A stretch of 64,000 bases of DNA from the NCBI GenBank assembly GCA_040386765.1, contig JAZKEV010000402.1:24617-88616 (forward strand). The letters run 5' to 3'. This document shows, in pieces, positions 49,838 through 59,963 of this stretch. The stretch's first letter is position 1. The number at the start of each line of letters is the position of its first letter. The stretch is from Verrucomicrobiota bacterium. Lineage in GTDB: Bacteria > Verrucomicrobiota > Verrucomicrobiia > Opitutales > Opitutaceae. The position numbers and the translations under genes are program-made. The notes beneath the pieces are model-generated. The model ran no database searches. It was not told the origin of the DNA and worked only from the letters and a program-made list of their open reading frames with translations.

Positions 49838-51120
49838 TAAGGAGATGCGATTTCTGCCAGGCGCTGAGCCGGACGGTAGGTGGCGATGGGCACGGAACTC
49901 AGCGTCGCATGGACATTGGCGACGACGTCCGGTTGAGCCGTGCGAAAGTTCGAGAGACCTGACCGGATTGCGGCGAGATGAGGCTCGATATCCGCCGCGC
50001 CCGGGACAAGCCGCGCTCCGAGCGAAGAAACGGTCGGCGCGCCGAGGATCTCATCCAGAATATCTTTGCCGTAATCGGGGGTGAAGTGAGCGCTGTCGAT
50101 CCACCATTTCATCTCAACGGCACTGTCAGCCTGCACGGCCTCCTGGGAGCGGGAATTGAAGAGGCTAAAATCCCATAGCTCGACGCGAGGGGGCGAGGCG
50201 GCTTTGGTTTTGGCGAGGTGGGCCTGGGTGCGCGCAACCAAGGTTCGCTTGAACGCTTCGTAGTGGGACCAGACGCCTGCCTTGGCGATAGCCTCTTGGA
50301 AGCGGGCGTGAATCGGCGGTATGATTACGATGACTCGTGCGCCCTTTTCAGAGGCGGCTGTGAGGGCGTCGTCGTAGTCCACCATTCGGTCACCGTGGGC
50401 AGGATCGGAAAAAGCGTAGCGATGGTACGGGCGAGGAAGCCACTTGGGCAGATAAGAGCGTTCGATCTCTTGAAAACGAAAGAGGGGCTGGGCGCGGGGT
50501 GCAGCGGACGAGGCGTGAGTGTTGGGCGAAGCGGCAGCTTTGCGCGACGCAAGGAGCGTCTGCCAGCTCAAGCGGAGGGTATCGACACCGAGAGTAAATG
50601 CGCCCAAGTCCTCGGGCACAAAGCCGACCGCGGTGCGGCGGGTCGCTGCCAGAAGGCGGGCAGGGGAGAATTGCGCACCGGCGGCGTAGTGGGAGTTGTA
50701 GGCGAAAAAGTCGGCCACGACGATGGCGACTTCGACCGGAGCTTCACGCATTGCTTGCTGGACGGAGAGACTGACCTCGCGGGCATTGGCTCCGAGGAGG
50801 GCGTAGTTATAGGCTGGCTTGGGCAGGGAGTTTTCCCACCAGCCGATGTGAGGGAAGCCGGAGTGGGCAGTCGAGGACCCAAAAATCACGGTCCTGGGCT
50901 GAACGCGCAGAATCTCGTAAGGCTTGGCCATGCGATCGAACCCCTCGGTGGGCGGCCGTCGGTCGTTGAAACCCGTGCGCGACGCACTGCCGAAGACGCG
51001 GAAGGGATCAATCGCGACATTGAAGGCGAACACCGCAGCCAGGAAAAAGCCAACGCAGCAGAAGAAGACGATGAGGAATCGTTTTCCCGCGGGAGGGTCG
51101 GCTAGAGGAGAGGGCGGCAT
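49837..51120 (-). CDS. Periplasmic SGNH-like partner of MBOAT acyltransferase
   Basis: N-terminal TM, NVAIDPF, IFGSS, AYN, DSAH; directly downstream of MBOAT. Confidence 0.65.
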   Translation of the reverse strand: MPPSPLADPPAGKRFLIVFFCCVGFFLAAVFAFNVAIDPFRVFGSASRTGFNDRRPPTEGFDRMAKPYEILRVQPRTVIFGSSTAHSGFPHIGWWENSLPKPAYNYALLGANAREVSLSVQQAMREAPVEVAIVVADFFAYNSHYAAGAQFSPARLLAATRRTAVGFVPEDLGAFTLGVDTLRLSWQTLLASRKAAASPNTHASSAAPRAQPLFRFQEIERSYLPKWLPRPYHRYAFSDPAHGDRMVDYDDALTAASEKGARVIVIIPPIHARFQEAIAKAGVWSHYEAFKRTLVARTQAHLAKTKAASPPRVELWDFSLFNSRSQEAVQADSAVEMKWWIDSAHFTPDYGKDILDEILGAPTVSSLGARLVPGAADIEPHLAAIRSGLSNFRTAQPDVVANVHATLSSVPIATYRPAQRLAEIASP

Positions 51121-51126
51121 GGCGGC

Positions 51127-52674
51127 TCAGAACTGGAAGTAGAGAAATTCGCTCAGCTGTGTGATGTACAGCACAGCGACGATGCCGACGGCCGCCGTGG
51201 CGACGGCCCAGGCGGACGAGGGCCGCCACTGCAGCCGGGCAGCCCAGCGCGGCCGGGAGCCTGCCGGCGCATGCGGAGAAGCGAGGCCGACGATTTGCTG
51301 CGAGTTGGGACAGAGTGTAGCGAGGAAGAGAGCGCCAAGCAGCCAGAAGATGAGCTCGCCGTTGAAGTTTAGAATCGCGGGATGGTTTGCTTCGGCGCCG
51401 AGCCAGGCTCGGTTGAGGCCGAGCTGCTCGAGCTTGGCGAGATGACGCTCAGGGAGGGTGAGACCATTGAGGCCGAGCATGCCCTGCCAGATGCGAGAGC
51501 TCGCGGCAAAAGACTCGGCGCGGAAGAGCACCCAGCCAAATATTACGCAGACAAACGTCAGTGCCCAGCTGAGGCCCTGGCCCGCGGCCGTATCGACCCA
51601 ACGGGACCAACTGCGACCCTCGCGCCAGGCGGAGAAGCGATGGTTCACCAACAGGTAAAATCCATGAAAAGCGCCCCAAGCGACAAAGGTCCAACTGGCG
51701 CCATGCCAAAGGCCGCCCAGCAGCATCGTCAGCATCAAATTGATTGAAGTGCGATTGGCTCCCTTGCGACTTCCACCCAGCGGGATGTACAGATAGTTAC
51801 GCAAAAACCGGGAGAGGGTGATGTGCCAGCAGCGCCAAAACTCCGAGATGCTCAGAGCGCGGTAAGGGGAGGCGAAATTGATCGGCAGCGTGACGCCGAA
51901 CAGCAGGCCCACGCCTATCGCCATATCCGAGTAACCGGAGAAATCGAAATACAGCTGCATCGTGTAGGCCAGCGCGCCTGCCCAGCTGTCGAGAAAGGTG
52001 GGACTCGTACCGAGCGCGGCTTCCTTGAAGACGGGCGTCGCGTACGCCGCGATCGTGTCGGCGACGAGCACTTTTTTCGCGAGGCCGATGATGAAAAGGG
52101 TAAGCCCCTGAGCGACCATCCCGGACGAGCAGCGACGGTCGTTGGTGAACTCCTCCATCAGCTCACGATGGTGGATGATCGGCCCCGCATTCAGATGCGG
52201 AAAGAAGGTGACGAACAGACAGTAGTCCAGAAAGGCGTAGCGGTCGGCCTCACCGCGGTAGCAGTCGACCAGATAAGCGATTTGCTGGAAGGTGAAGAAC
52301 GAGATGCCAAGCGGTAGGATGACTGCGCCCAGCACGAAATCACCGCCGCCGAGCCAGTCTGCCGTGGCCAGGATCAGGCGCGTGTATTTGTAGTAGCCGA
52401 GCGCGAGGAGATTGACGGTGACGCCCAACGCGATCGTGCCGCGCGCCTGCCGCGGTGGATGCCGCAAAAGCAGGCGGCCGAAGATGTAGTTTACGACGAG
52501 GGAACCGACCAGGACGAGCAGGTCCGGCGGGTGCCACCACGCGAAAAAGACGAGCGTGATCACGAGCGCCCAGCGTCGGGCCAGGCGCTGACCCATCCAT
52601 ATTTTCACTCCCCAGAAACTGGCGAAGGCCAGTGGCAGGAAGAGGAAAATGAAAATATGGGAGTTGAACAGCAT
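51127..52674 (-). CDS. MBOAT family O-acyltransferase (AlgI-like)
   Basis: MLFNS, LPLGISFFTFQQI, YFDFSGYSDMA, FWRCWHITLS, GLWHGA. Confidence 0.95.
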   Translation of the reverse strand: MLFNSHIFIFLFLPLAFASFWGVKIWMGQRLARRWALVITLVFFAWWHPPDLLVLVGSLVVNYIFGRLLLRHPPRQARGTIALGVTVNLLALGYYKYTRLILATADWLGGGDFVLGAVILPLGISFFTFQQIAYLVDCYRGEADRYAFLDYCLFVTFFPHLNAGPIIHHRELMEEFTNDRRCSSGMVAQGLTLFIIGLAKKVLVADTIAAYATPVFKEAALGTSPTFLDSWAGALAYTMQLYFDFSGYSDMAIGVGLLFGVTLPINFASPYRALSISEFWRCWHITLSRFLRNYLYIPLGGSRKGANRTSINLMLTMLLGGLWHGASWTFVAWGAFHGFYLLVNHRFSAWREGRSWSRWVDTAAGQGLSWALTFVCVIFGWVLFRAESFAASSRIWQGMLGLNGLTLPERHLAKLEQLGLNRAWLGAEANHPAILNFNGELIFWLLGALFLATLCPNSQQIVGLASPHAPAGSRPRWAARLQWRPSSAWAVATAAVGIVAVLYITQLSEFLYFQF

Positions 52675-52683
52675 CGCGCTACG

Positions 52684-53790
52684 TTATCGCGACGAGGCGA
52701 CGGCGCCCGGTCGCGGCGCGAGGCCGACGAATTCCAGCCAACGGGCGGTGCGGAGCATGCCTTCCTGAAAACTGACTTTCGGGACATAACCGAGCAGGCG
52801 CTCGGCCTTGCCGATCGGAAAGCGCCAGCGGCAGCTTTGGAGCAGACAAATTTCCTCGTAGGGATGGGGCCGGGCGAGGTCGGCCAGCTGCCAGGCATTC
52901 GCCGGCAGGCGATCATGCCAGGCGGCGGCGGCGGCTTTCGCAATGCGCTTCACCCGCGCAGGCACCATCGGAAGCGCGGCCATGACGGAGTCTGTGGCGG
53001 CGATTCTGGCCAGGCGGTCGCTGGGGCTGCTCTGGAACGACGGCGTGGCGATCCGATGGATCGAGGCCGGGTCCGCTTGCACGGCCTTCGCAATCGCGGA
53101 GTAGAAGTCGAGCCAGGTGACCGTCTCGGCATCGGTGACGAGAAACGTCTCACCGTCTACGCCAGGTTGCGTAAAGGCGGTCATGATCACGTCGATCAGG
53201 TTGTCGACGTGGATGGCGTTGCAGATGCCCGCGCCCTCATCGACGAGGTAGGCGGAACCGGCGGTGATCTGCTGGGCGATGTCGGCGACGAGGCGGGAAC
53301 GGGCGCCATAGATGATGCTCGGGCGCAGCTGCACCAGCTCGGTCTTCCCCGACCGCCGGGCGGAATTGAGGATGAGCTCCGCTTCGGCCTTGGCGCGGTT
53401 GTAGTCGGATTTTTGCTTCACCACCACGGGCGAGGTCTCGTCGGTGCCAGGGGCCGGCACGAGCGTGTGCACGGCCGCGCTGCTCAGGGCGACGATGCGC
53501 TTGATGCCCGCGCGTTCCGCGGCGGGGTAGAGCGCCCGTGCCATGGCGACGATTTTCTTCGAGTCGCCCAGTGCGGAGTGGATGACGTAGTCGCAGCCGC
53601 GGAGCGCGGCTTCGAGCTGTTGCTCGTCCGCGGGATCGCAGACCTTCCAAGGCAGGTCGAAACGCGCCACGACCGCGAGGCTGCGGGGGGCATGGACGAT
53701 CGGCACGACCTCGGCCTTGCCGCCCAGGTGGAGCCGCTCGAGAAGGCGGAGACCGACAAAGCCGCTGGCGCCAATGATTGCGATTTTCAT
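52684..53790 (-). CDS. NAD-dependent epimerase/dehydratase
   Basis: GASGFVG, LSSAAV, YNRAK (YxxxK), LRPSIIYG. Confidence 0.9.
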   Translation of the reverse strand: MKIAIIGASGFVGLRLLERLHLGGKAEVVPIVHAPRSLAVVARFDLPWKVCDPADEQQLEAALRGCDYVIHSALGDSKKIVAMARALYPAAERAGIKRIVALSSAAVHTLVPAPGTDETSPVVVKQKSDYNRAKAEAELILNSARRSGKTELVQLRPSIIYGARSRLVADIAQQITAGSAYLVDEGAGICNAIHVDNLIDVIMTAFTQPGVDGETFLVTDAETVTWLDFYSAIAKAVQADPASIHRIATPSFQSSPSDRLARIAATDSVMAALPMVPARVKRIAKAAAAAWHDRLPANAWQLADLARPHPYEEICLLQSCRWRFPIGKAERLLGYVPKVSFQEGMLRTARWLEFVGLAPRPGAVASSR

Positions 53791-54878
53791 GCTACGGTCT
53801 CCTTCGTGTTCAATCCGCGGGTTTCTTCGTCCGTGAGCCACGGAAGTGGCAGTGACTGGCGCTTGGCATAGCAGGCGTTGATCAGCCGGAGGGAGCGCAG
53901 TCCTTCGCTGCCCGGAATATGTACGGCCGAGCCGGTGCGCACGGTGGAGACCAAATCGAGAAGCTGCCGGATGAAGGCCTGGGGCGATCCCTCGCGGTCG
54001 CCGTCGCGATGCAGGGTCACACCATCGTCGCGGCGCGGGGTCAGGTCGCCCGCCAGCACGAGCCCTACGCCGTGCAGATCGACAGTCAGTTGACCGGCCT
54101 GGCCGACGTTCCACGCGATGCTGCCGCGTTCGAAGTCGATGCGAAAGGCATTCCGGGTCGCCCAATCGCGGCTGAGGCGTACTTCGCCTTGCAGGCCGCC
54201 TGGGTAGCGGAGAGTGAGGCGTGCATTGGCCTCGAGGCCGCCCACCGCATCGTCGAAATACTCAAACGACGCAGGCTCGTCGAACCACCAGAGCAACAGG
54301 TCCAGCGTATGCACGCCGGTGTCGTAAAGCACGCCGCCCGGAGTGATATCGCGGCGGAAGAAGGAGTCACTCGCCGCTTCCCAGCGAAACGGTCCGCCTT
54401 CCTCCACGGTGAACGACAGGGGCCGGCCGAGTGTGCCGACTTTGAGCAGATCCTTGATGGTCTGGGCCGCGCGGAAGAAGCGGCGGTACAATCCGATCGC
54501 GAGGGGGCTGCCGGTGCGCTTGGCCGCGGCGACCATCGCCTCGGCATCGGCGATCGAGGCCGCCATGGGCTTCTCGGACAGCACGGCGCAACTGCGTTCC
54601 AGCGCGAGGATCGACTGCGGCGCGTGCAGCTTCGGCGGTGAGGCGATCACCACGATCGTGCCCGCCTTCAGGGGGGCGTCCTCGAGTCGCGCGAGGCTCT
54701 GAGCCTGCGGAAACTTCGCGTGGATCGCAGCCCGATTCGCGTCGTGCGGATCGCAAAGGGCGACGACTTTGACGATGCCGCGCCCTTCGAGAAACGTCAG
54801 CGCGGAGGCGTAGAAAAACTTGGTGATCGCGCCGCAACCGGCGACGACGACAGGGACTGCTGGTTCGGTGACTCTCAT
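53787..54878 (-). CDS. Gfo/Idh/MocA family oxidoreductase
   Basis: VAGCGAI, EKPMA, GGVLYDTGVH. Confidence 0.92.
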   Translation of the reverse strand: MRVTEPAVPVVVAGCGAITKFFYASALTFLEGRGIVKVVALCDPHDANRAAIHAKFPQAQSLARLEDAPLKAGTIVVIASPPKLHAPQSILALERSCAVLSEKPMAASIADAEAMVAAAKRTGSPLAIGLYRRFFRAAQTIKDLLKVGTLGRPLSFTVEEGGPFRWEAASDSFFRRDITPGGVLYDTGVHTLDLLLWWFDEPASFEYFDDAVGGLEANARLTLRYPGGLQGEVRLSRDWATRNAFRIDFERGSIAWNVGQAGQLTVDLHGVGLVLAGDLTPRRDDGVTLHRDGDREGSPQAFIRQLLDLVSTVRTGSAVHIPGSEGLRSLRLINACYAKRQSLPLPWLTDEETRGLNTKETVA

Positions 54879-54891
54879 TCGGGAAAATGGT

Positions 54892-56091
54892 TTAGGATAT
54901 CAGCGGGTGCCGGGCCGAACTCGGAATCGGAGCGGATACCGTATCCGCGGATTCGAGACTGCTCTCCAAGGCGCGATGGATTCTCTCTGCGCTGAATTCG
55001 CCTGTCGCGAAAGAACGCACCTCCGCCATCCGATTATTACAGAACTGCTCGTTGCCGAGCTGGCTGATGTACGCCGACAGCTTCGTCGTGTCGCGCGGGT
55101 CGAAGACGTCCGGGTAGTTGCGCTGCACGGCCCACTCGGCAATCGCGGTATCCTGGGGCGCCACGATGGCGATCGGCAGGCCAAGATGGCAGTACTCGAT
55201 GAACTTGCTGGGGAAGCTCGTGCGTGTCCACGGCATGTCGGCGGTGGTATCGGCATAGCTGACGAGCAGAGCGGCGGCGTTTTCGCGGAGGAAGTTCAGC
55301 GCCTCCACGTTGCGCGCGAAGGGTGGCATCCACTCGGCGCCGGCGGCCTGCAGGAGGGCGACGTGCTCGGTGTTTTCCTTGAGGATGGCAAGAAACCGGC
55401 CGCCGGCGGCGCGCGTGGCGGTGGCGATGCGCGCGAGCGTGGGCAGCTGGGCCGGCCAGTAGTTGCCGGCGTAGACGAGGAGGGGCGGCTTGGCTTGGCT
55501 GCGGTTGAGCGGAACCGACGCGGTGCCTTCGGGGATCGGCGGCAGCACGCCTGACTGGCGCCCGCTGATCGAAAAACACCCGGCAAGCTGGCTTGAGGCG
55601 AACCAGGCCTTGGTCGAATGCTGGACAATCCACTCCCGGCGCTGGTGTGCGCGCTCGCCCTCCGCCCCGGCGGTGAAGCAGCGCGCGTCATCGTGCACGA
55701 GGGTGGCGAGCGGCAAGCTGTAGCGGCGGGCAAAGCCGACGGCGGCGATCGAGAGCGTATCGCTGAACGCGGAGAGATACGTGAGCACGGCATCCGGACG
55801 GTTCGCGCCCAGCCAGCGACGCGCTTCGCCCGCCCACAGCCGCGCGCGCAACGAGCGCGAGACGCGTTGGTTCGCGTTGAAGGGCGGCCACCACGTGCGC
55901 CGATGGCTCAGGGTCAGCACCGGCCAACCTGCTTCACGGCACAAGGCATGGTCCTGGCCCCAATCGGCCACGATGCGGATATTCCACCCATCGGCGGCGA
56001 AGCGCCGCAGGTGACGCAACACAATGATCGCGCTCCCCGCGCCTTCCTGGGGCGCGTGACCGAAATAGACGAGAGTGCGGGCACGTGACAT
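54892..56091 (-). CDS. Putative GT-B glycosyltransferase
   Basis: GAGS, VHDD, YAGN, SFPSKFIEY..LGLP. Confidence 0.75.
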   Translation of the reverse strand: MSRARTLVYFGHAPQEGAGSAIIVLRHLRRFAADGWNIRIVADWGQDHALCREAGWPVLTLSHRRTWWPPFNANQRVSRSLRARLWAGEARRWLGANRPDAVLTYLSAFSDTLSIAAVGFARRYSLPLATLVHDDARCFTAGAEGERAHQRREWIVQHSTKAWFASSQLAGCFSISGRQSGVLPPIPEGTASVPLNRSQAKPPLLVYAGNYWPAQLPTLARIATATRAAGGRFLAILKENTEHVALLQAAGAEWMPPFARNVEALNFLRENAAALLVSYADTTADMPWTRTSFPSKFIEYCHLGLPIAIVAPQDTAIAEWAVQRNYPDVFDPRDTTKLSAYISQLGNEQFCNNRMAEVRSFATGEFSAERIHRALESSLESADTVSAPIPSSARHPLIS

Positions 56092-56280
56092 CGAAGAGTG
56101 AGTGTGGAGATTACGACGGAACTACGATCGGGCCCGGCTGGCGAGCCGCCCTTGGTTTGGCGATCGAAGGCTTGCCCAGATCGATTCCCGGTTTCTCCAC
56201 GACATAGCTGGCGACCCAAGCAATGGCATGGCTCGATAGCTGAGCGAAGGCCGTCACTCGCTTGAAATTCATGGGAGCGC

Positions 56281-57246
56281 TCACCAATAGCCTCCCTTGT
56301 CGACTTTCTTGGCCGCAACGGGGGTCTCGGAGGAGAGCGCCCGTATCCAAGCTGCGTTGAAGAACGGCTGAAATTCCGGCAGCTTGTCCCAGCGGCCACC
56401 ACGAATGCCGAAGAAGATCTGCGTCGGGCCGCCGGTATGAATGCCAATGGCGCCGAGTTTCTTCACAAAAGCCGTGAGGGGCACGCTGGCCGCGCCGCAG
56501 CCGATGAGCGCGACGTCGATCGGCGCGCGCCGGTGGACCTCCTCGATTCTCCGCTCGAGCCAGTGCAGCATCTCGATCCAATCCGTGAAATCCGTCGCGC
56601 CAAAGCCATAGGGTGAGCGGATGGTTTCCAGTTCGAAGTCGGGGAGCACGCCGGGCGCAGCGGGCCAGATTTCCGCGCGGCGTTCGTACTGGCTGCGGAT
56701 GCTTTGCTCGAAGGGGTGGATGACCAGCACGCGCTTGCCGGCGAGTTCCGCCGACCAAGGCGCGGAGAAGAAGTAGGGCTCGAGCGCGCGCAACTCGATC
56801 CGGCGAACCCGCGGGCTATAGCGGCGGAGGATTTCGCTTTCTCCAATGTTGTTCCAGACCGCGCAGCCATCGAGGTCGCGCAAACGATCGAGATAGAGCT
56901 CGGAAAAGCGCGAGTACATCTCGGTGGTGGGAGGGAAAACGCCTGCTTGCTGGTGCAGGTCTGCCTCTCCGTATGAGGGGGCGGCCCAAGTATATTTGTA
57001 GAATTGCCGCAGCTTCAAATGAGCGGCCAGCGCACAGCACTCGCGGTCGCCTATCTTGCCGAGTGCCGCGGGTTGCTTGTTCGCGATAAGTTGTCCGATC
57101 CAGTGATTGGCTTCCGCGCCGGGCACGGTGGGATAGTGCCTGGCGCGGCGCTGCTCGAGCCAGGCATTGACGGCAAAGTGGTTCACGTGCCGATCTAGCC
57201 CCGTGCCTTCCATGACCCTGTGGATGGTTTTGCGGAGGAGATTCAT
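56281..57246 (-). CDS. Conserved polysaccharide-cluster protein (possible GT-D-like fold)
   Basis: GKIG..E, AGVFP, LEPY, WS..LAGKRVLVIHPF, DVALIGCGA, GGPTQIFFGIRGGRWD, GGYW. Confidence 0.7.
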   Translation of the reverse strand: MNLLRKTIHRVMEGTGLDRHVNHFAVNAWLEQRRARHYPTVPGAEANHWIGQLIANKQPAALGKIGDRECCALAAHLKLRQFYKYTWAAPSYGEADLHQQAGVFPPTTEMYSRFSELYLDRLRDLDGCAVWNNIGESEILRRYSPRVRRIELRALEPYFFSAPWSAELAGKRVLVIHPFEQSIRSQYERRAEIWPAAPGVLPDFELETIRSPYGFGATDFTDWIEMLHWLERRIEEVHRRAPIDVALIGCGAASVPLTAFVKKLGAIGIHTGGPTQIFFGIRGGRWDKLPEFQPFFNAAWIRALSSETPVAAKKVDKGGYW

Positions 57247-58178
57247 CCGAGCGAGGGCAGGCTGGCCTGGGGCACGGCACCCACGGTGTAGCTGTAACGC
57301 AGGCACCGTTGGTTGCTGCGGTCAAAGGGTCGCTTGAGAAAGGCGCGCCAGGCATTCTTCCGCGCCGAGGCGTGGTAACCCCCGCGCGCCGCATCGTAGG
57401 CCCAGTGCCGGCGCCAGTCGGCTGGCGTCCGCAGGGCGTCCGTTGGGCTCGGCGTCGATTTCAAATCACCCAAGCCGCGCTTCAGGCGATAGGGATTCAC
57501 GATCTGCTGACGCAGCGCCTCACGGGTGCCTTGAGTGCGATTGACGCTTTTCAGATGCTGCCGGTAGTGGAGGAACACGGTCGGCAGATTCGCGAGTTTG
57601 CCGATTTCGGAAAGGCGGAGGTAGAGGTCGAGGTCCTCGATCCAGTTAAATTGCTGACGGTAGCCGCCGACCTGCTCCAGCGCAGCGCGGCGGAAAAATA
57701 CCGTCGGGTGGATCAGAGCGCCGCCGTTTCCGTCCACGAGCTGGTTTACGATCTCGTCGTGCTGCAGCGCCGGCTGATGTCGAATCAGCGGCGCACCCTC
57801 GGGGTCCGTGTAGAGAATGTCGGTGCCGAGCGCGACGCACTCGGGGTGATTTTCCAGGTACTCGCACTGTGCGGCGAAGCGCGTGGGCACGGCCAGATCA
57901 TCGGCATCCATCCGGGCGATGAACTCGCCGCGCGCGACCGCGATGCCGTCGTTGAGCGCGCCGACGATGCCGGTGTTGGGTCGGCTGACGATCCGGATGC
58001 GTGGGTCGGCGGCCGCAAGGCCTTCGAGAATGGCTTTCGACTGATCGGTGGAGCCGTCGTCGACCGCGATCAGTTCGAAATCCGAACAGGTCTGGACAAG
58101 AATGCTCCGCACCGCCGCCGAGAGGTATCGGCTGGCGTTGTACACGGGTATGACGACGCTGATTTTAGGCCGTTCCAT
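57243..58178 (-). CDS. Glycosyltransferase family 2
   Basis: [29 protein letters not shown]. Confidence 0.93.
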   Translation of the reverse strand: MERPKISVVIPVYNASRYLSAAVRSILVQTCSDFELIAVDDGSTDQSKAILEGLAAADPRIRIVSRPNTGIVGALNDGIAVARGEFIARMDADDLAVPTRFAAQCEYLENHPECVALGTDILYTDPEGAPLIRHQPALQHDEIVNQLVDGNGGALIHPTVFFRRAALEQVGGYRQQFNWIEDLDLYLRLSEIGKLANLPTVFLHYRQHLKSVNRTQGTREALRQQIVNPYRLKRGLGDLKSTPSPTDALRTPADWRRHWAYDAARGGYHASARKNAWRAFLKRPFDRSNQRCLRYSYTVGAVPQASLPSLG

Positions 58179-59013
58179 AGGCTGGGATCCGGGTATTCGC
58201 CTGGGCCCAAGCGAGAAAGCGCTCGGGGTCGCCGCTGGCGAGAAGGGGCTGGGCTTCGCGGAGCAGCGGCTCGCTCCAATTCCACCAAGCGGTGGCCTGC
58301 AAGGCCTCGATGACCGCGGGCGAGAAACGCATCCGCAGCTTCGCGGCTGGGACGCCGCCGACGATGGTATAAGGAGGCACGTCTTTGGTTACGACCGCGC
58401 CAGCGGCGACGATCGCGCCGTTGCCGACGTGCACGCCATCGCGGATGAAGACATGGGCGCCGATCCAGACATCGTGCCCGATCGTCGTGGTCTTTCTCTC
58501 CTGGAAGGTCGTTTCCTGCGCAAAGCTGGTGCCGCACTGCTTTCGGGTGGAGTAAAATACGGGCGACGTGGTGAGCCGGTCCGCAGGGTGATCGCCGGCA
58601 CCGATGTAAGTGCGGGGCCCGATGGAGCAGAACTTGCCGATGGCGACGTCGTTCAAGACGGTCTGGCGCGCGATGTAGGAGTAACCTTCGACGGTGACAT
58701 CGGCGAAATAGCAGCCGGTCTGCACGGCGGTGAAAGCACCGAGCCGGCTCTGGTAGACGCATGCTTCCTCCTCCAGCGTGCAATGGGCTCCAAGCGTACT
58801 CCCGCCGAGGCGGACGCGGCTGGCGATGAGGCAATTTTCCCCCACGCGCGCGCCTTCAAGCAACTGAGCGTTCCAGACCTGCGCGCGCGCCGCTACGTGC
58901 ACATCCTTCCCGACCCGACAACCGTCGCTGACAAACGCATCGCGCGCGATGGTCGCTCCCTTGAAGCGCCACCGATACAGAAACCCGCGGACGATGGATT
59001 TCAGTTCAGACAT
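58165..59013 (-). CDS. CatB/Vat-like hexapeptide O-acetyltransferase with extended N-terminal beta-helix
   Basis: [10 protein letters not shown]...[31 protein letters not shown]. Confidence 0.9.
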   Translation of the reverse strand: MSELKSIVRGFLYRWRFKGATIARDAFVSDGCRVGKDVHVAARAQVWNAQLLEGARVGENCLIASRVRLGGSTLGAHCTLEEEACVYQSRLGAFTAVQTGCYFADVTVEGYSYIARQTVLNDVAIGKFCSIGPRTYIGAGDHPADRLTTSPVFYSTRKQCGTSFAQETTFQERKTTTIGHDVWIGAHVFIRDGVHVGNGAIVAAGAVVTKDVPPYTIVGGVPAAKLRMRFSPAVIEALQATAWWNWSEPLLREAQPLLASGDPERFLAWAQANTRIPAYGTA

Positions 59014-59927
59014 GCCTTGCTCCGATTACGCCAGACCCGCAGGCGAGCCTGGATATTTGCCCACAGCGACGTGGATGTGCCGGCGTACTGCCGCGTCACG
59101 AGGTCGTCGGCGTAGTGGTCGACCGAGAAGTCTTTCGGGTGCTCGGAAACCGTGAGCGTCCGCGTGGGCTTGCGGAGGCGTTGCATGTTGTCGGAGGTGT
59201 GAGTCGAATCGCCGCCGAAGCCGAGGTTCTCGATGAGGTTCTCGCGAGGGAAAATGCAGAGGCCGCCGAGCGAACGGCAGGTGTATACCCAGGAGAAATC
59301 CCACGTGTTGACCTGGGTGGGATGCTGGCGGGCGTGGTCATAAGCTGACACCCAGAACGCGCGTTCCCAACTGGTCGCGAAGCTCGCATCGAGGGCAGCC
59401 TTCCGCTGCGCCCACGTCTCCATCTGATAGTCGTAGTGCTGCCAGGCGCGGCGCCAGGTGGCCCAGCCCCATATCCACGGATGGCGGCTGAACCAATAGC
59501 TCGCGGCCGGACGGTAGAGGCTATCGACGATATTGCTGCCCGAAACGTGCATCACACGTGGGTCGTGCCGATAGCGCGCGAGCATCTCCGCGGCGTACGG
59601 GAAGAAACTGGGGTCGGGATAGCAGTCGTCTTCGAGGATGATAGCCTCCTCCACCAAGCCGAAAGCCCAGGTGAGACCGGAGGAGATGCGGGCCCGGCAA
59701 CCCAGGTTTGCCTCAGCATAATTGCGGTGCACGGTGCAGGGCCAGTCGACCCCTTCGGCGACGATTTGCCGGACCGCGGCGACGTTTTCCGCGTCATCCC
59801 GACGGCCGGCGCGAGCGCCATCGCAGACCACCAGCAGCACTGACGGACGTGCCGCTCGAATCGCCGCGAAAACACGAGCCGTGAGTTCAGGCCGGTTGAA
59901 AACTAAAAATATGATGGGAGTTTGCAG
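59001..59927 (-). CDS. Nucleotide-diphospho-sugar transferase (GT-A fold), probable CTG start
   Basis: Frame extends upstream of the GTG as (L)[12 protein letters not shown]; [32 protein letters not shown]. Confidence 0.85.
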   Translation of the reverse strand: MQTPIIFLVFNRPELTARVFAAIRAARPSVLLVVCDGARAGRRDDAENVAAVRQIVAEGVDWPCTVHRNYAEANLGCRARISSGLTWAFGLVEEAIILEDDCYPDPSFFPYAAEMLARYRHDPRVMHVSGSNIVDSLYRPAASYWFSRHPWIWGWATWRRAWQHYDYQMETWAQRKAALDASFATSWERAFWVSAYDHARQHPTQVNTWDFSWVYTCRSLGGLCIFPRENLIENLGFGGDSTHTSDNMQRLRKPTRTLTVSEHPKDFSVDHYADDLVTRQYAGTSTSLWANIQARLRVWRNRSKACLN

Positions 59928-59963
59928 GACTACTAGAGGCTATCTCGTGGATGCGGTTGCATA

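Noticed and set aside
56111-56280. Gap between two GT genes with a weak GG-N10-GC match
   Set aside because: Poor match, far from the start codon, and not distinguishable from chance
58165-59013. Antibiotic resistance acetyltransferase (cat/vat)
   Set aside because: It overlaps glycosyltransferase genes in a polysaccharide operon, so sugar O-acetylation is the simpler reading
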